Assembly: GCA_964016885.1 (NCBI GenBank)
Contig: OZ024743.1
Span: 22,878,001 to 22,942,000 of the forward strand
DNA: 64,000 nucleotides
Reading direction: 5' to 3'
From: Eledone cirrhosa
Lineage: Eukaryota
Made by a program: the position numbers and the translations under genes. The notes below the pieces were generated by a model. The model was not told the origin of the DNA and did not search any database. It worked only from the letters and a program-made list of their open reading frames with translations. Positions 28,590 to 42,428 of this stretch are shown one piece after another (position 1 is the first letter of the stretch; every line of letters starts with the position of its first letter).

Positions 28590-28592
<3 letters not shown>
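28378..28592. repeat. (TA)n-flanked short element with an internal inverted repeat; homologous in reverse complement to 58240-58345
   Basis: TAGGAAAAAGTATGACCCCGAC...GTCGGGGTTATACTTTTTCCTA, plus a ~95-bp block shared with 58240-58340. Confidence 0.7.
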
Positions 28593-28660
<68 letters not shown>

Positions 28661-28718
28661 CAAATATAAATTAGCGAGAATCGTATTTCGGCTTTGGAAT
28701 TAGCGAAAAACAACTTCC

Positions 28719-28785
<67 letters not shown>

Positions 28786-28806
28786 ATATATATGTATGTG
28801 TGTGTG

Positions 28807-28895
<89 letters not shown>

Positions 28896-29002
28896 ATATA
28901 TATGTATGTGTGTGCGTGTGTATATATATATATGTATGTGTGTATATATATATATATATATATGTATGTATATATATAAATATGTACATATATATATATA
29001 TA

Positions 29003-30193
29003 TTTGGAAAGAGAGATATACTTTAACTTTAATTATATCTCATAAAATAATACAACTGGTTTTTCCACATTATACATATTGTTAGCACCCCAAACACTTA
29101 AATTGGGTTTATATTTAAATATAACCTAATGTTTGTTGAGTGAGATGGTTACCAGTCAGAGTTTAGCTTTAAACTATCTCTGTTATTGTATTAAATATTT
29201 ACTCTTGATTGGCCAGAGGTGTTTATTTCCAGGTACCTTATGAATTTGACTTTCCGTATTTATTACTGTTGTGAAATGTTGTGGGTTTTTTGGGTTGTAA
29301 CTTCTCTGTTTTTTAGCCTAAGAAAATATATATATGCCTATGTATATAATTACATGCATACATTTATTTTCTTTAATTAATTGAGTTCTTTACACGAGGA
29401 ATTGATATTAGTTTTGAAATAACTAATTAACCCGCGTGTGTTTAAAATTTTACTCTTAATTCGGCCGGAGATTTACATTCCCATTTGCCCTTTAAAGCAT
29501 AACTTTCTGTATTTACTGCGGTTATGAGATGCGGTTCTTATTCGGGTACAACTTCTGATTTTAGCCTAAGAAAATATCTATATGCGTGTGTAATTTATAC
29601 AAGCATATATTTATTTTTTTATTTTCAATTGAGTTCTTAACACGTTGGATTGATAATGTTTTCGAAAAAACTAATTAACCCGCGTGTATATTATTTTTTT
29701 CCTCCTTTCGTGGATCGTAGTTGTCTCCCCTTCCCGCTTCGTGTCGCTATGCTACTTCCTCAGTCAAAAACTGCTGGAATTTCAAATTTGGCGGTCATTT
29801 GATGCGAGAAGGAGCAACTTAACAGACACGAATTTTGACTGCGGTAAGAATTTATTTCTTATATCAAAGTTTAATGGGCTTCCACTGATGATTTATAAAC
29901 GCCCACCTAAATATATTCTTACATGAATATATATTAGGCTTCTACATAAACTGGAAATATTCTCCCAACTTGTAGAAAACTTATAATGAAACAATTGTTT
30001 GGAAAGAGAGATATACTTTAACTTTAATTATATCTCATAAAATAATACAACTGGTTTTTCCACATTATACATATTGTTAGCACCCCAAACACTTAAATTG
30101 GGTTTATATTTAAATATAACCTAATGTTTGTTGAGTGAGATGGTTACCAGTCAGAGTTTAGCTTTAAACTATCTCTGTTATTGTATTAAATAT
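29003..30193. repeat. (TA)n-flanked 1.2-unit tandem: 196-bp identical direct repeats (29003-29198, 29998-30193), period 995 bp
   Basis: Direct comparison; internal degenerate ~245-bp duplication; diverged homologue at ~54340-54505. Confidence 0.85.
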
Positions 30194-30334
30194 ATATATA
30201 TATATATATACATTTCAATTTCGTATTTCTAAAGAAATACGGTTTGTTTATAAATAGACATTTAGAAAGCCATAGCTATAAATGACACTGGCAGCTAACT
30301 CCACCAAGCGGTGCTCGGCAGAAGCAAGGAGGAC

Positions 30335-30380
30335 AATCGTCTTTGCATTTCGAACTCAACTGGTCTTCGTCAGGACAATC
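30335..30380 (-). ncRNA. Degenerate minimal type I hammerhead ribozyme (U16.1 mutated)
   Basis: GATTGTC-CTGACGA-AGAC..GTTC-GAAA-TGCA-AA-GACGATT: 7-bp stem I, intact core, palindromic stem III, but no NUH triplet. Confidence 0.55.
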
Positions 30381-31640
30381 TCTCCCCCTTTTGCAACTGT
30401 CTGACTTTGAAAAGAAGCGAAAATATATAGCTTTTTCGTCTGTGTAAATGAGGTGATTAATCTCATTTACTTATGAAGCTGTATAAATTGGCTCAACTTA
30501 ATATAGAATTTAGCTTCGAACATAGCTAGTTCTAACAATATGCAAGGGAAGAAACTAATTAAGATATGCAATCAGATATGTATAACTAATTTTCTAATTA
30601 CTTTTGCGTTGATTAATTATGTTCTTTGAAGTTGCCTTGCCTTAGAAATGGGTTCAGAAATCGTCGGTCGAAATGATTCATTTTGGAACCGTTCCTTTAA
30701 ATCTTGATTCATGTATTTTCAAGTGACTATAAAAGTGAGATATCAAAGTATTGTCAGTTCAAATTATTTCACCCTCCCTACACTGAATTGTGGGCATACA
30801 GCTTTAGTGGACTTCCTTTAACTCTAAACAGGTAGAATGAACCTCGGTCGGTTTCGACCTTGAGTGATCCAGTTGTTCGATGAAATTATCGTGCAAGTTT
30901 CTCATGAAATTACCTTTAAGTGACTAAGCAATTAACAGACATGTATTCTCAGAGAAATTCAGCACCACAGAGTGTGTGACATAGCCGGCAATTTGAATTA
31001 CAGGGACAGTTCAACTGACGTGCTACCAAATTTCCCCCACAAAGCATGGATGGACCGAAGATTATGGTGAATGACACTTGACCGAGATGCCACACAATAC
31101 GATAAAACTCTGGATTTAATGATTTCGAGCATAGTGGTTAGTGTGTGGCTGGATTGATTACAAAATCAGTGACAACAGGATAGACGAGTCAGCTTGAGTA
31201 GATATGGCAGAAGTCCAGTCAGATTCAAAGAGTAGAATCTATTGTAGTTGCAGTAAAACCGGCAGATTGAGGAAAATATATGATAGATCGTAGTGTGTTG
31301 TCTAGCGGCTTCCTATCAACCAGTCAGGGAGGCATTGTATGGTTGCACTCATACATCTCTGTATATATCATTTCCTTGTTAATTTAATTAAATAAAAGTA
31401 AATCTACAATCTCTGCTAAACATTGAATCTGTAACTACACCATATCAGCTGAAACTGAGCCACCAGGACATCTACAGTATGACATGTCAAATATAAAGTA
31501 TTGAAATATTAAATTTAAATAAAAATACAAACTAAAATATAAAATAACATAAATTAAAATTAAATTAAATTAAAAATAAAATGAAATAAAATAAAATAAA
31601 TTTTTCAGTTCTTTTTCCTAAGAGATGTAAAAAGAACATT

Positions 31641-31740
31641 AAAAATGACACCCTACATGTAGCTCCTGACCAGAATCAAACCCCAGTCCAGGATCACTAC
31701 CTTCTCTAATACATCCCACTACACCACTGAGACAACTACA
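31641..31740 (-). ncRNA. Pol III-type tRNA-like gene, subtype A (unit 1)
   Basis: TATAAATA ~30 nt upstream, A box TGGTGTAGTGG, B box GGTTTGATTC, T5 terminator; ends TGTAG../..CTACA can pair. Confidence 0.55.
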
Positions 31741-31941
31741 AAGATCTGCTGAAAATCAATATTTATAAACCTACTTTATAGAACTACAAAATAGATATCC
31801 AAAGAGATGCTCTGTCGTTCAGACCTTGCTTAATGTTATTGCTCCTTTTTAGGGTTGACTCTGAATCATCTGGGTCTTCCGTAAACTACATCATCGCTTT
31901 GTTTCTCATTTACCTAGGCTTTGTTTCATTTCTGTCACACC

Positions 31942-31994
<53 letters not shown>

Positions 31995-32474
31995 CCTTTC
32001 TCTCCCTCTCTCTTTTTCTCTCGCTCTTTCTCTGTTTGTTAGTGCGTATGTCATGTTTGAATCTACTATCATTTGATTTTATCTTATTCTCATATGTGAC
32101 ATATGGCATGTCAAATATAAAATCATCACTTTGTTTCTCATTTACTTAGGCTTTATTTGAACCTATAATTCATGTTTCATTCCTGTTACACCTTCTCTCT
32201 CTCTCTCTCTCTCTCGCTATATATATATATAACTCTTTCTTTGTTTGTGCGTATGTCATGTTTAAATCTACAATCCCTGCTAAACATTGAACCTCTAACT
32301 ACACCATATCAGCTACAACTAAGCCACCAGGACTCCTACTGTATGGCATGTCAAAAATAAAGTATTAATATATCAAATTTAAATATAAAATATAAAATAT
32401 AATATGAAATAGAATGGAATAAAACAAAATAGATACCCATTGGGGATCTCTTAAAGGTTTGTTTCTAAAAGATG

Positions 32475-32581
32475 AAAATGATTGGAAGATCAACATTTAC
32501 GTATAACCCGACTAGGAAGGAACCTCGGACCAAGATCTCCGTCGTCTCTAAGACTTGACACCGGGCCACCAGAACGCTACA
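32475..32581 (-). ncRNA. Pol III-type tRNA-like gene, subtype B, diverged (unit 2)
   Basis: Same position relative to the TATA; TGGCCCGGTG...GGTTCCTTCC. Confidence 0.4.
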
Positions 32582-32927
32582 AAAATCTATTGAAAATCAA
32601 TATTTATAAACCTACTTTCAAAATCGAAAACCAGAAACATGTGTTATCGGTTGTTCCTTTGTTAATGTTATTGCTCCCTTTTAGGGTCGACTTGTAAATC
32701 ATCTGGGTCTTCCATTAACTACATCATCACTTTGTTTCTCATTTACCTAGGCTTTATTTGAACCTATTTCTGGCATACCTCCTCTATCCCTCTCTCTCTC
32801 TCTCCCTCTTTCTCTTTAAATATAATATAAAATATGAAACAAAATATATAATAAAATAAAATTAATTTACATTAAGGTCCTCACTATACTATTTCATTTT
32901 TTCCTTAGTGATGTAAAAGGAACATTG

Positions 32928-33035
32928 AAAAATATTAAGATGCCAACCACCAAGTACCTTCTAACCAGGATTGAACCTCAGTCTAGGATCATTACCGTCT
33001 CTAATACATCCCACTAGGCCACTGAGATAACTACA
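32928..33035 (-). ncRNA. Pol III-type tRNA-like gene, subtype A (unit 3)
   Basis: TATA, A box TGGCCTAGTGG, B box GGTTCAATCC. Confidence 0.55.
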
Positions 33036-33248
33036 AAGAGCTGTTGAAAATTATTATTTATAAACCTACTTTCAAATTAGAAATCCAAAGAGATGCTGCG
33101 TTGTTCATGCCTTTCTTAATGTTATTGCTCCTTTTTAGACTCGACTTGTAAATCATCTGGTTCTTCCATAAACTACATCATTACTTTGTTTCTCATTTAC
33201 CTAGGCTTTGTTTGAACCTATAATTCACGTTTCATTTCTGTCACACCT

Positions 33249-33297
<49 letters not shown>

Positions 33298-33653
33298 TTG
33301 CGTGTATGTTATTTGAATCTACTATCATTTTGGTCCCATCTAAATCCCATATATGTGACAGCATGTTAGTCAGATAAGAACTTACAATAATTGACGTTAT
33401 ATATATCATTTTCATGTTAATTTAATAATTAAATAAAAGTAAATCTACAATCTGTTAAACATTGAACCTGTAACTATACCATATCAGCTGCAACTGAGCC
33501 ACCTGGACATCTACAGTATAGCATGTCAAATATAAAATATTAAAATATCAAATTTAAATATAAATCTAAAAAAAAAAAAATATTACATTAAAATACAATA
33601 AATACACATTGTGGTTCTCATTAAACTTTTTCAGCTATTTTTTCCAAGAGATG

Positions 33654-33752
33654 AAAAATGACATCATTGATCCGTCTCTTGCGCAGGATTGAACTGAAGA
33701 CCAAGATTTCCGCTGTCTATAACACTTCCCTCGAGGCCACCGGGAGAGATAC
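33654..33752 (-). ncRNA. Pol III-type tRNA-like gene, subtype B (unit 4)
   Basis: TATA, TGGCCTCGAGG, AGTTCAATCC, T5 terminator. Confidence 0.5.
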
Positions 33753-33966
33753 GAGTTGTTACGGAAAATCAATATTTATAAACCTACTTTCAAAATTGAA
33801 ATCCAAAAAGATATGCTGTCACTCATGCCTTTCTTAATGCTATTGCTACCTTTTAGGGTCGACTTGTAAATCATTTGGGTCTTCCATAAACTACATCATC
33901 AATTTGTTTCTCATTTACTTAGGCTTTATTTGAACTTATTATTAATGTATCATTTCTCTCACACCT

Positions 33967-34029
<63 letters not shown>

Positions 34030-34374
34030 TTATATATATCATTTATTTGTTAAAATAATAATTAAATAATAGTAAGTCTACAATCTCTTTTAAACATTGA
34101 ACCTGTAACTACACCATATCAGCTGAAACTGAGCCGCCAGAAAACCTACAGTATGGCATGTCAAATATAAAATATCAAATTTAAATATATAATACAAAAT
34201 AAAATATAAAATAATATAAATTAAAATTAAATTAAATTAAAAACAAAATAAAATAAATTTACATTGGGGCTCTCACTAAACTTTTCAGTTTTTTCCTAAG
34301 AGATGTAAAACAAACATTGAAAATGATTAAGACGATGCCGAGATTGGCGAGATATATATCTATATCTATATCTA

Positions 34375-37300
34375 AGCCATTTGCGAGTCCAGGATCCACA
34401 GCGAGCGTCAACTGACCCCCAATTTCGACAACTTTGAGATCTACGCATCTCTGTCAGCGGGGAGGTGGGGGTGGGGTTGCGGTTTTGCTGCGGAAACACC
34501 TGGACCTCGTAACACAGACGGTACATCTGGACCCGGAGGGTTGACTGGTGGTCCTAGACGTTGACGGTAGTGAAGGTGGAGCCTTCAGGCTGGTGGCCGC
34601 ATATGCCCCATCCGGAACACCGCGGCCAGACTTCTTCAAACGTCTGGAGACTTTTCTGGGAACGTCGCTCCCTGGTGTTAGTGGGGGACTGGAATGGAAT
34701 CCTAGATGCACGTTGGGACTATGTGGGAGCATGTCCCGATTGAGGGGGTGTAACAGCCTCAAACAGTTAATCGGCCGATTTGACCTGGCCAATAGATATC
34801 GACTAGATTTTCCGACTGTGCCACTGTGGACGTGGACTAATCCCAGCGGAACATCTAGATCGTACCTAGATAGGGTTCTAGTTAGAAAGAAGGATAGGGA
34901 CATGTTAAGCTGTCCACAAATGTTCATGGTTGCCTATTCAGATCACAAATTAGTGACCTGCTTAGTCAACCTTGACAAAACCCATAGACAGGAACTCGGC
35001 TACTGGAAGCTGAACTTGTCGTTACCAACATGCAAAACCTACAGTAGACGGATTAGCACTTTAGTTAAGCAGCACTTGACAGGGGCTATTGTCAACAACA
35101 GATGGTGGTACTCTCTCAAGAGGCCAGTTAGATTAGACTCAATAGGTTTTAGTAAAGAATTAGTGTTCGATAGAAATAAGACTGAAAAGGAACTGGTAGA
35201 TAAAGTAGAAGAGGCACTTAGAAGTGGCAACGTAGCCAGCGTGCTAGCAATGAGAACGGCCTTGGACCAGTTCTTCGACGCAAAACATGAAGGCTGCGTT
35301 GTCAGAAGCAAAATACGTGCTCTGGGAAACGAGGGAACCAAAGCTGTTAGCTGGGCCCGATTGACGGAGGCGAAAAGTGGTAACAAGTCCACGATTCGGT
35401 ATTTGAAGGACCAAGACGGATGCGTGATACGTGAGCCGAAGCAGATGTGCGCGGCTTTTCAGCGGCACTTTGCTCAACTGTTCGGGCAGGGCGGCGCGCC
35501 GGGAGGGGCTATGGATTTCGGTCCATACCTCGACGGCCTACCGCGACTCTCGGACAGCGAGGCGAAGTTCTGCGAAAGGCCGATTTCGGCCGCTGGGATA
35601 GGGAACACGCTGAGCCAATGCGGCAAACGCAAATCTCCAGGTCTCGACAGTCTACCCTACGAATTTTACGTAGCAATGCCGGACTTGTTCTCTGGTCTCT
35701 GGAAGCGGTCTACTGCAACTGGTAGCAGAACGGGAGAATTCCAAGTTCTGTGACCAAGGGCGTAGTCACGTTAGTCAGGAAGGACGAGAATAAAGAGGAT
35801 GACATAGGCAACTTCCGGTCCATAACTCTGCTCAACACAGAGTTACAGATTTTGGCCAAGGTGTTGGCAAAGAGGCTGGCGCTTGTCGTCGAAAACCTGG
35901 TGGGAGAAGCGCAGACATGCGAAATCCCGACCAGGTCCGTACACGACAACCTCCACCTCATGCGATACATCATAGAGAGGGTAGGGTGTAAACCCGGCTT
36001 CGGTGGGGCTCTGATTAACTTGGATCAATCTAAGGCTTTCGATAGGGTTGACCATCGTTACCTGGATGCGGTGCTCGAGGCGGCAGGCTTAGGACCTGTT
36101 TTCAGGGGCTGGATTGTGCAATGCACAGCAGCAACATCTGCTCAAGGGTCAAGGTGAACGGCTACCTCTCGGAGCCGTTCCATATCACGTGATCCATCCG
36201 ACAGGGATGCCCTCTCTCCTCCCTTCTGTACGTATTGACTCTCGAGCCACTACTGCGGAAGTTGGAGCTATTGCAGGACATCCTTTTGGAACCGGGACTG
36301 CGAAAAGCGGCGTCAGCCTACGCCGACGACGTGACAGTAATGGTGTCGAGCACCTCGCAAATCGAGGAGGTTGGCACCTTACTGGAGGAATACGAAAAGT
36401 TCACAGGAGCGAAGAGCGAAGCTGAACCGGGACAAATCCGTCGGTTTGCAACACGGAACGTGGAGAGGCAAACCGATGGCGTCGTCGGATGCTGGACGGA
36501 AGGACCGGTAAAGCTGCTTGGGGTCTGGTTTGGTCCGGACCTCCAGGTGGAAAAGAACTGGAACGAGGTGACGGCCAAGGTGTTTGCGCTCACCCAGAAG
36601 TGGGCCGAGTGCAAACTATCCTTGAAAGGTCGAGCGGACGTGGCGAACACTTTTATAGCGCCCGTCATCTACTACCGCTTGGCCGTCGTGCCTTGTCCAG
36701 CCAAAACGCTCACCAAAATGGAGCGCTCGCTCTTCCAATTCCTTTGGAAGAAATGGCCTCCTTTGGTGAGAAGATCCATCTGCTGCCAACACCCCTCAAA
36801 CAGAGGGCTGGGGATGCGCAAACACGCGCTCAGGCTGCGGCACCTCCACGTATTCCTCCCTAGACAACCGGTGTGGGCCCTATTCATGAGGCGAGCCTTC
36901 CCACGTCTGGTCTCGCTGACCGAGCTGCAGTCCTGGGTCAAGCAAAGATCGAGGAAAATGGGCGACTGGCACATCGAATGTGCTCAGGTGCTCACAGTCT
37001 TCTGGCAAACGGACCCGGCGATCAGTGGAGACTCCACTTCGACATTCTAAAGAGGGTTGGTCCGTAGCATGTGCGATGACACGCTCGGAGAAACTCTAGG
37101 CGTAGAGGAGGACGAACTGGCAAGTCTATTCGGTAGGACCTTCCGCCCGGGATCAATGGACAACTTCCAAAAGTCCCTGGCCTGGCAGTGCTACCCAGGA
37201 GCTCTACCAGATCGAGACAAGCTATACAGACACGGGCGCCCGGGCAGGGACCCTTCGAAAAAGGTCTGTCCGAGATGCGTGCGCGACGAGGAAACCGGCG

Positions 37301-37906
37301 CGCACGCATTTATACACTGCCCGGGCGTTACCTGTAGAACGACTATTGTCGCGGGTGGGACCAATCCAGTTTACCACCGAGTCCATTGCCATGATCAAAC
37401 CGCCACCCTCCTTCAAAAACGAGGGAGAGGCGGTTTTCGTATGTGTTATGGCTATGGTGAAAGAGGTTATATGGTGGGCGAGGTTAAAAGGGCTGAGGTC
37501 AGACACCTTTCTCTCCGGCGAGCAACTGATTCGTTTTTTCAAATATCATTTTGGAAGAAGAATCAGGATGGAGAGAGGGGTGCTGTACCCCAGCAAATTT
37601 TATAAAAGGTGGATGAATGTGGCAAAGATGGCCCGAGTGGTTGGGCCTTCTCTCTATATAAGCCTGTAGGTTGAGGAAAAAGAGGAAGAGAGGAAGGGAG
37701 TACTCACTCTAGGTGCTCCTGGAGATGAGGGTTGTACATTTTTTCGGCGTATGTACAACCCCTGTGTAACGCCTCCCCCCTATTGGGGATTTCAATTGTT
37801 ATTTGTTATTTTATTAATAGTTTTATTTTCATATACCTGTATGTAAACTCCCCATTTGTATTTGTCCCCTTCTTTTGTGCCCTTGTGGCTAGTTAATAAA
37901 GAAATT
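34375..37906 (+). mobile_element. 5'-truncated, degenerate Tx1-clade LINE (related subfamily), ORF2 only, inserted in a (TA)-type microsatellite of the array
   Basis: ORF pieces 34548-35753, 35750-36157, 36235-37050, 37057-37605 and 37346-37669 are homologous to copies 1 and 2 (AYADD, LDQSKAFDRVDH); 3' end CCCTTGTGG..AATAAAGAAA then (TA)n. Confidence 0.9.
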
Positions 37907-37908
37907 TA

Positions 37909-37945
<37 letters not shown>

Positions 37946-38153
37946 TTTTGTTTGACCCGTTTTAGCTTGTTCGCTTTTTTGGCTATGGTGGTTAATGGCT
38001 TCTTAACCATCGTCTCAGCGTGTATGACCTTTTTAACTTATGTTTATAGCTCTGGTATCTTCTTCAGTTCCATGGAGCGCTTGTCAGCACAATATGGAAG
38101 TTGCGTTTCGCTAATTTCTACCCGCCGAAATGCGATTCTCGCTAAATTATATT

Positions 38154-38185
<32 letters not shown>

Positions 38186-38473
38186 ATTTTTATGTTAAAA
38201 TAATAATTAAATAAAAGGAATTCTACAATCTCTGCTAAACATCGAACCTATAACTACACCATATCCGCTGCAACTGGACATCTACAGAATGGCATGTCAA
38301 ATATAAAGTATTAAAATAACAAATTTAAATATAAAATATAAAATAAAATATAAAATAGTATAAATTAAAATTAAATTAAATTAAAAATAAAATAAAATAT
38401 ATTTACATTGGGGTCCTTACTAATCATTTCAATTTTTTTCTTAAGAGATGTAAAAGGAACTTTGAAACAGACT

Positions 38474-38572
38474 AAAAGGACAAGCTACATGCATCTCTTG
38501 ACCAGGATCGAACCCTAGTCCAGGATCACTACGGTCTCTAACACATCACACTACACCACTGAGACAATTACA
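38474..38572 (-). ncRNA. Pol III-type tRNA-like gene, subtype A
   Basis: TATA, TGGTGTAGTG, GGTTCGATCC, CCTTTT terminator. Confidence 0.55.
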
Positions 38573-38973
38573 ATGCTCCGTTGAAAATTAATATTTATAA
38601 ACCTACTTTCAAAATAGAAATCCATAGAGATGCTGAGTCGTTCAGGCCTGTGTTAATGTTATTGCTCCTTTTTAGAGTCGACATGTAAATCATCTGGGTC
38701 TTCCATAAACTACATCATCACTTTGTTTCTCATTTATTTAGGCTTTATTTGAACCTTTAATTAATGTTTCATTTCTGTCAGTCCGCATTTCTCTCACTCT
38801 CTGCTCCCCCCCCCCTCTCTCTCTCTTTCTCTCCGTCTGTATGCGCGTATATGACATTTGAATCTACTAGCATTTGGTCCTATCTTATTCACACATATGT
38901 GACAGCATGTCAGTCAGATTAGAAGTTACAATGATTGGCGAGATATATATCTATATATATCTATCTATCTATC

Positions 38974-39046
<73 letters not shown>

Positions 39047-39333
39047 TTTTTGTGTTAAAATAATAATTAAATAAAAGGAATTCTACAATCTCTGCTAAAC
39101 ATCGAACCTATAACTACACCATATCCGCTGCAACTGGACATCTACAGAATGGCATATCAAATATAAGGTATTAAAATAACAAATTTAAATATAAAATATA
39201 AAATAAAATATAAAATAGTATAAATTAAAATTAAATTAAATTGAAAATAAAATAAAATATATTTCCATTGGGGTCCTTACTAATCTTTTCAATTTTTTTC
39301 TTAAGAGATGTAAAAGGAACTTTGAAACAGACT

Positions 39334-39431
39334 AAAAGGACACGCTACATGTATCTCCTGCAAGGATCGAACTCCACTCCAGGATCACTCCCGTCTCTAA
39401 CACATCACACTACACCACTGAAACAATTACA
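39334..39431 (-). ncRNA. Pol III-type tRNA-like gene, subtype A
   Basis: TATA, TGGTGTAGTG, AGTTCGATCC, CCTTTT terminator. Confidence 0.55.
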
Positions 39432-40074
39432 AACATCAGTTGAAAATTAATATTTATAAACCTACTTTCAAAATAGATATCTATGTGATGCTCTGTCGTT
39501 CAGACCTTTCTTAATGTTATTGCTCCTTTTTAGGGTTGACTTGTAAATCATCTGGGTCATAAACTACATCATCATTTTGTTTCTCATTTACTTAGGTTTT
39601 ATTTGAACCTATAAGTAATGTTTCATTTCTGTCAATCCTCATTTTTCTTACTCTCTATCTCCCCCCTCTCTCTCCCTCGCCCTCTCTCTCTCTATCTATC
39701 TATCTCATATGACATTTGAATCTACTAGCATTTGCTCCTATCTTATTCACATATATGTGACAGAATGTCAGTCAGATTAGAAGTTACAATGATTGGCGAT
39801 ATATATATATATATAAATAAAATAAAATAAAATAAGATAAATAAATACATACACAAGCACAATAACAACAAGCACATAAACACACACTAGTCACCCAGCA
39901 GACACAACACTATACACACTAGTCACACAGCACACATAACACTATACACACACGCAAACGCATGCGCAAAGAAGACAAAATAAAATAAGATAAACAAACA
40001 AGCAAATAAATAAATATATAGACAGACTGAATAAAAAATGGCGTAGACATACAACACAACAGGAGGAACAAAGA

Positions 40075-40131
40075 ATATAACACCACTGACGATGTTGCAG
40101 ATGTGCAACGAAAGATTTATGTAAATTATGT
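40075..40131 (+). ncRNA. Type I hammerhead ribozyme candidate
   Basis: CA-CTGACGA-T-GTTGCA(GATG)TGCAAC-GAAA-GATT-TA-TG; stem I is CA/TG plus distal ATATAA/TTATGT across an internal loop. Confidence 0.6.
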
Positions 40132-40327
40132 AAACTATATATATGTGTTTGTGTCTATATTGTATCTGTATTATTTTTGACCGTCGGTCAGTCAATGGCA
40201 ACATTGAGGACCGAGTAAGTTAGATCGCAGATATAAAAGACAGCGAGAAGCGAAAACCAAACAAACAGTGAGTGTGTTCTGTTATTAATTCTGGCAATAT
40301 TACGCAAATATGACCCTCCCCAAGTAT

Positions 40328-40422
<95 letters not shown>

Positions 40423-40699
40423 CAGAAAGGGAGATAGATAAATATATCATTTGTTTGTTAAAATAATAATTAAATAACAGGGAATCTACAATCTTTGCTA
40501 AACATTGAACCTGTAACTACACCATATCAGCTGAAACTGAGCCACCAGGACATCTACAGAATGGCATGTCAAATATAAAGTATTAAGATATCAAATTTGA
40601 ATATAAAATATGAAACAAGAAACAAAATATAATATAATAAAATAAAATTAATTTACATTAGAGACCTCACTCTACATTTCTTTCTCAGAAAGCGACTAA

Positions 40700-40802
40700 G
40701 AGTACATGTATCTCCTACATATATCTCCTGACCAGGATTGAACCCCAGTCAAGGATCACTACCGCTTCTAACACATCTCACTACGCCACTGAGACAACTA
40801 CA
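40700..40802 (-). ncRNA. Pol III-type tRNA-like gene, subtype A
   Basis: TATA, A box TGGCGTAGTG, B box GGTTCAATCC. Confidence 0.5.
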
Positions 40803-41016
40803 TAGATCGGGTGAAAATTATTATTTATAAACCTAATTTCAAAATAGCAATCCCAAGTAATGCGGTGTCGGCCATGCTTTTCTTTGTTATCGCTCCTTTT
40901 TAGACTCGACTTGTAAATCAGCTGGCTCTTCCATAAACTACATCGTCACTTTGTTTCTAATTTACCTAGGCTTTATTTGAACCTATAATTCATGTTTCAT
41001 TTCTGTCACACCACAT

Positions 41017-41189
<173 letters not shown>

Positions 41190-41258
41190 TATGAAGAGAG
41201 AAGAAACATTTAGATATAATTAGTAATAAAATGTATCATACCTAAACTGTTCCTAAAT

Positions 41259-41346
41259 TCCTCGACTACGTAGTTTCGTGGCATAAACAAAAACAATATA
41301 TCAAAGATATAGAGTCCTTGCGAGGTCTGCCGACTTATCAAGAGGA
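41259..41346 (-). ncRNA. Type I hammerhead ribozyme (U3-A8 variant), copy 1
   Basis: TCCTC-TTGATAA-GT(C)GGCA...TGCCAC-GAAA-CTACGTAG-TC-GAGGA. Confidence 0.8.
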
Positions 41347-41849
41347 TACCTCATTTTACTAGTCTCAAGAACGCGTCTACACGACGTGAGAAAGAATCCC
41401 AAAAGGCGGAGGGGGAGATAGTCACGCGATATAACGGTCGAGAAACAGAGCTAAGCCTCTTATAACCACGAAAAAAATACCACGGAGGCGGAGGGGGTAT
41501 TCATATCGAGGCCGTAGAAGGGGTAGTGAAGAAGGCGAGAAGTATGAGTAATGGAAGCTTTCCAGTTGTCCCCACACTTCAAAGATTGCTCGACCAGAGG
41601 GAGTTATTAATACATTTAGAAACACACAGATACATGCGGACACACACATATATACATGAATGCATCCGCACCCAACTGTGAGTTAAGGGTGCCAACTTCA
41701 CCGATGTTGCTCAATGAATGACTGGGACAGACCAATTCAGTTTGAACCAGACTGAACCAGTATCAGAGTTAAAAATACATTATGAAGAGAGAAGAAACAT
41801 TTAGATATAATTAGTAATAAAATGTATCATACCTAAACTGTTCCTAAAT

Positions 41850-41937
41850 TCCTCGACTACGTAGTTTCGTGGCATAAACAAAAACAATATATCAAAGATA
41901 TAGAGTCCTTGCGAGGTCTGCCGACTTATCAAGAGGA
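41850..41937 (-). ncRNA. Type I hammerhead ribozyme (U3-A8 variant), copy 2
   Basis: Identical to copy 1, 591 bp away. Confidence 0.8.
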
Positions 41938-42340
41938 TACCTCATTTTACTAGTCTCAAGAACGCGTCTACACGACGTGAGAAAGAATCCCAAAAGGCGG
42001 AGGGGGAGATAGTCACGCGATATAACGGTCGAGAAACAGAGCTAAGCCTCTTATAACCACGAAAAAAATACCACGGAGGCGGAGGGGGTATTCATATCGA
42101 GGCCGTAGAAGAGGTAGTGAAGAAGGCGAGAAGTATGAGTAATGGAAGCTTTCCAGTTGTCCCCACACTTCAAAGATTGCTCGACCAGAGGGAGTTATTA
42201 ATACATTTAGAAACACACAGATACATGCGGACACACACATATATACAGACCGTTATATCGCGTGACTATCTCCCCCTCCGCCTTTTGGGATTCTTTCTCA
42301 CGTCGTGTAGACGCGTTCTTGAGACTAGTAAAATGAGGTA

Positions 42341-42428
42341 TCCTCTTGATAAGTCGGCAGACCTCGCAAGGACTCTATATCTTTGATATATTGTTTTTGT
42401 TTATGCCACGAAACTACGTAGTCGAGGA
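42341..42428 (+). ncRNA. Type I hammerhead ribozyme (U3-A8 variant), copy 3, inverted
   Basis: Same motif on the + strand; predicted cleavage after C42423 (GUC). Confidence 0.8.

Noticed and set aside
41422-42240. Duplicated 75-aa ORF in the 591-bp repeat
   Set aside because: No recognisable domain; identity simply reflects the DNA duplication.
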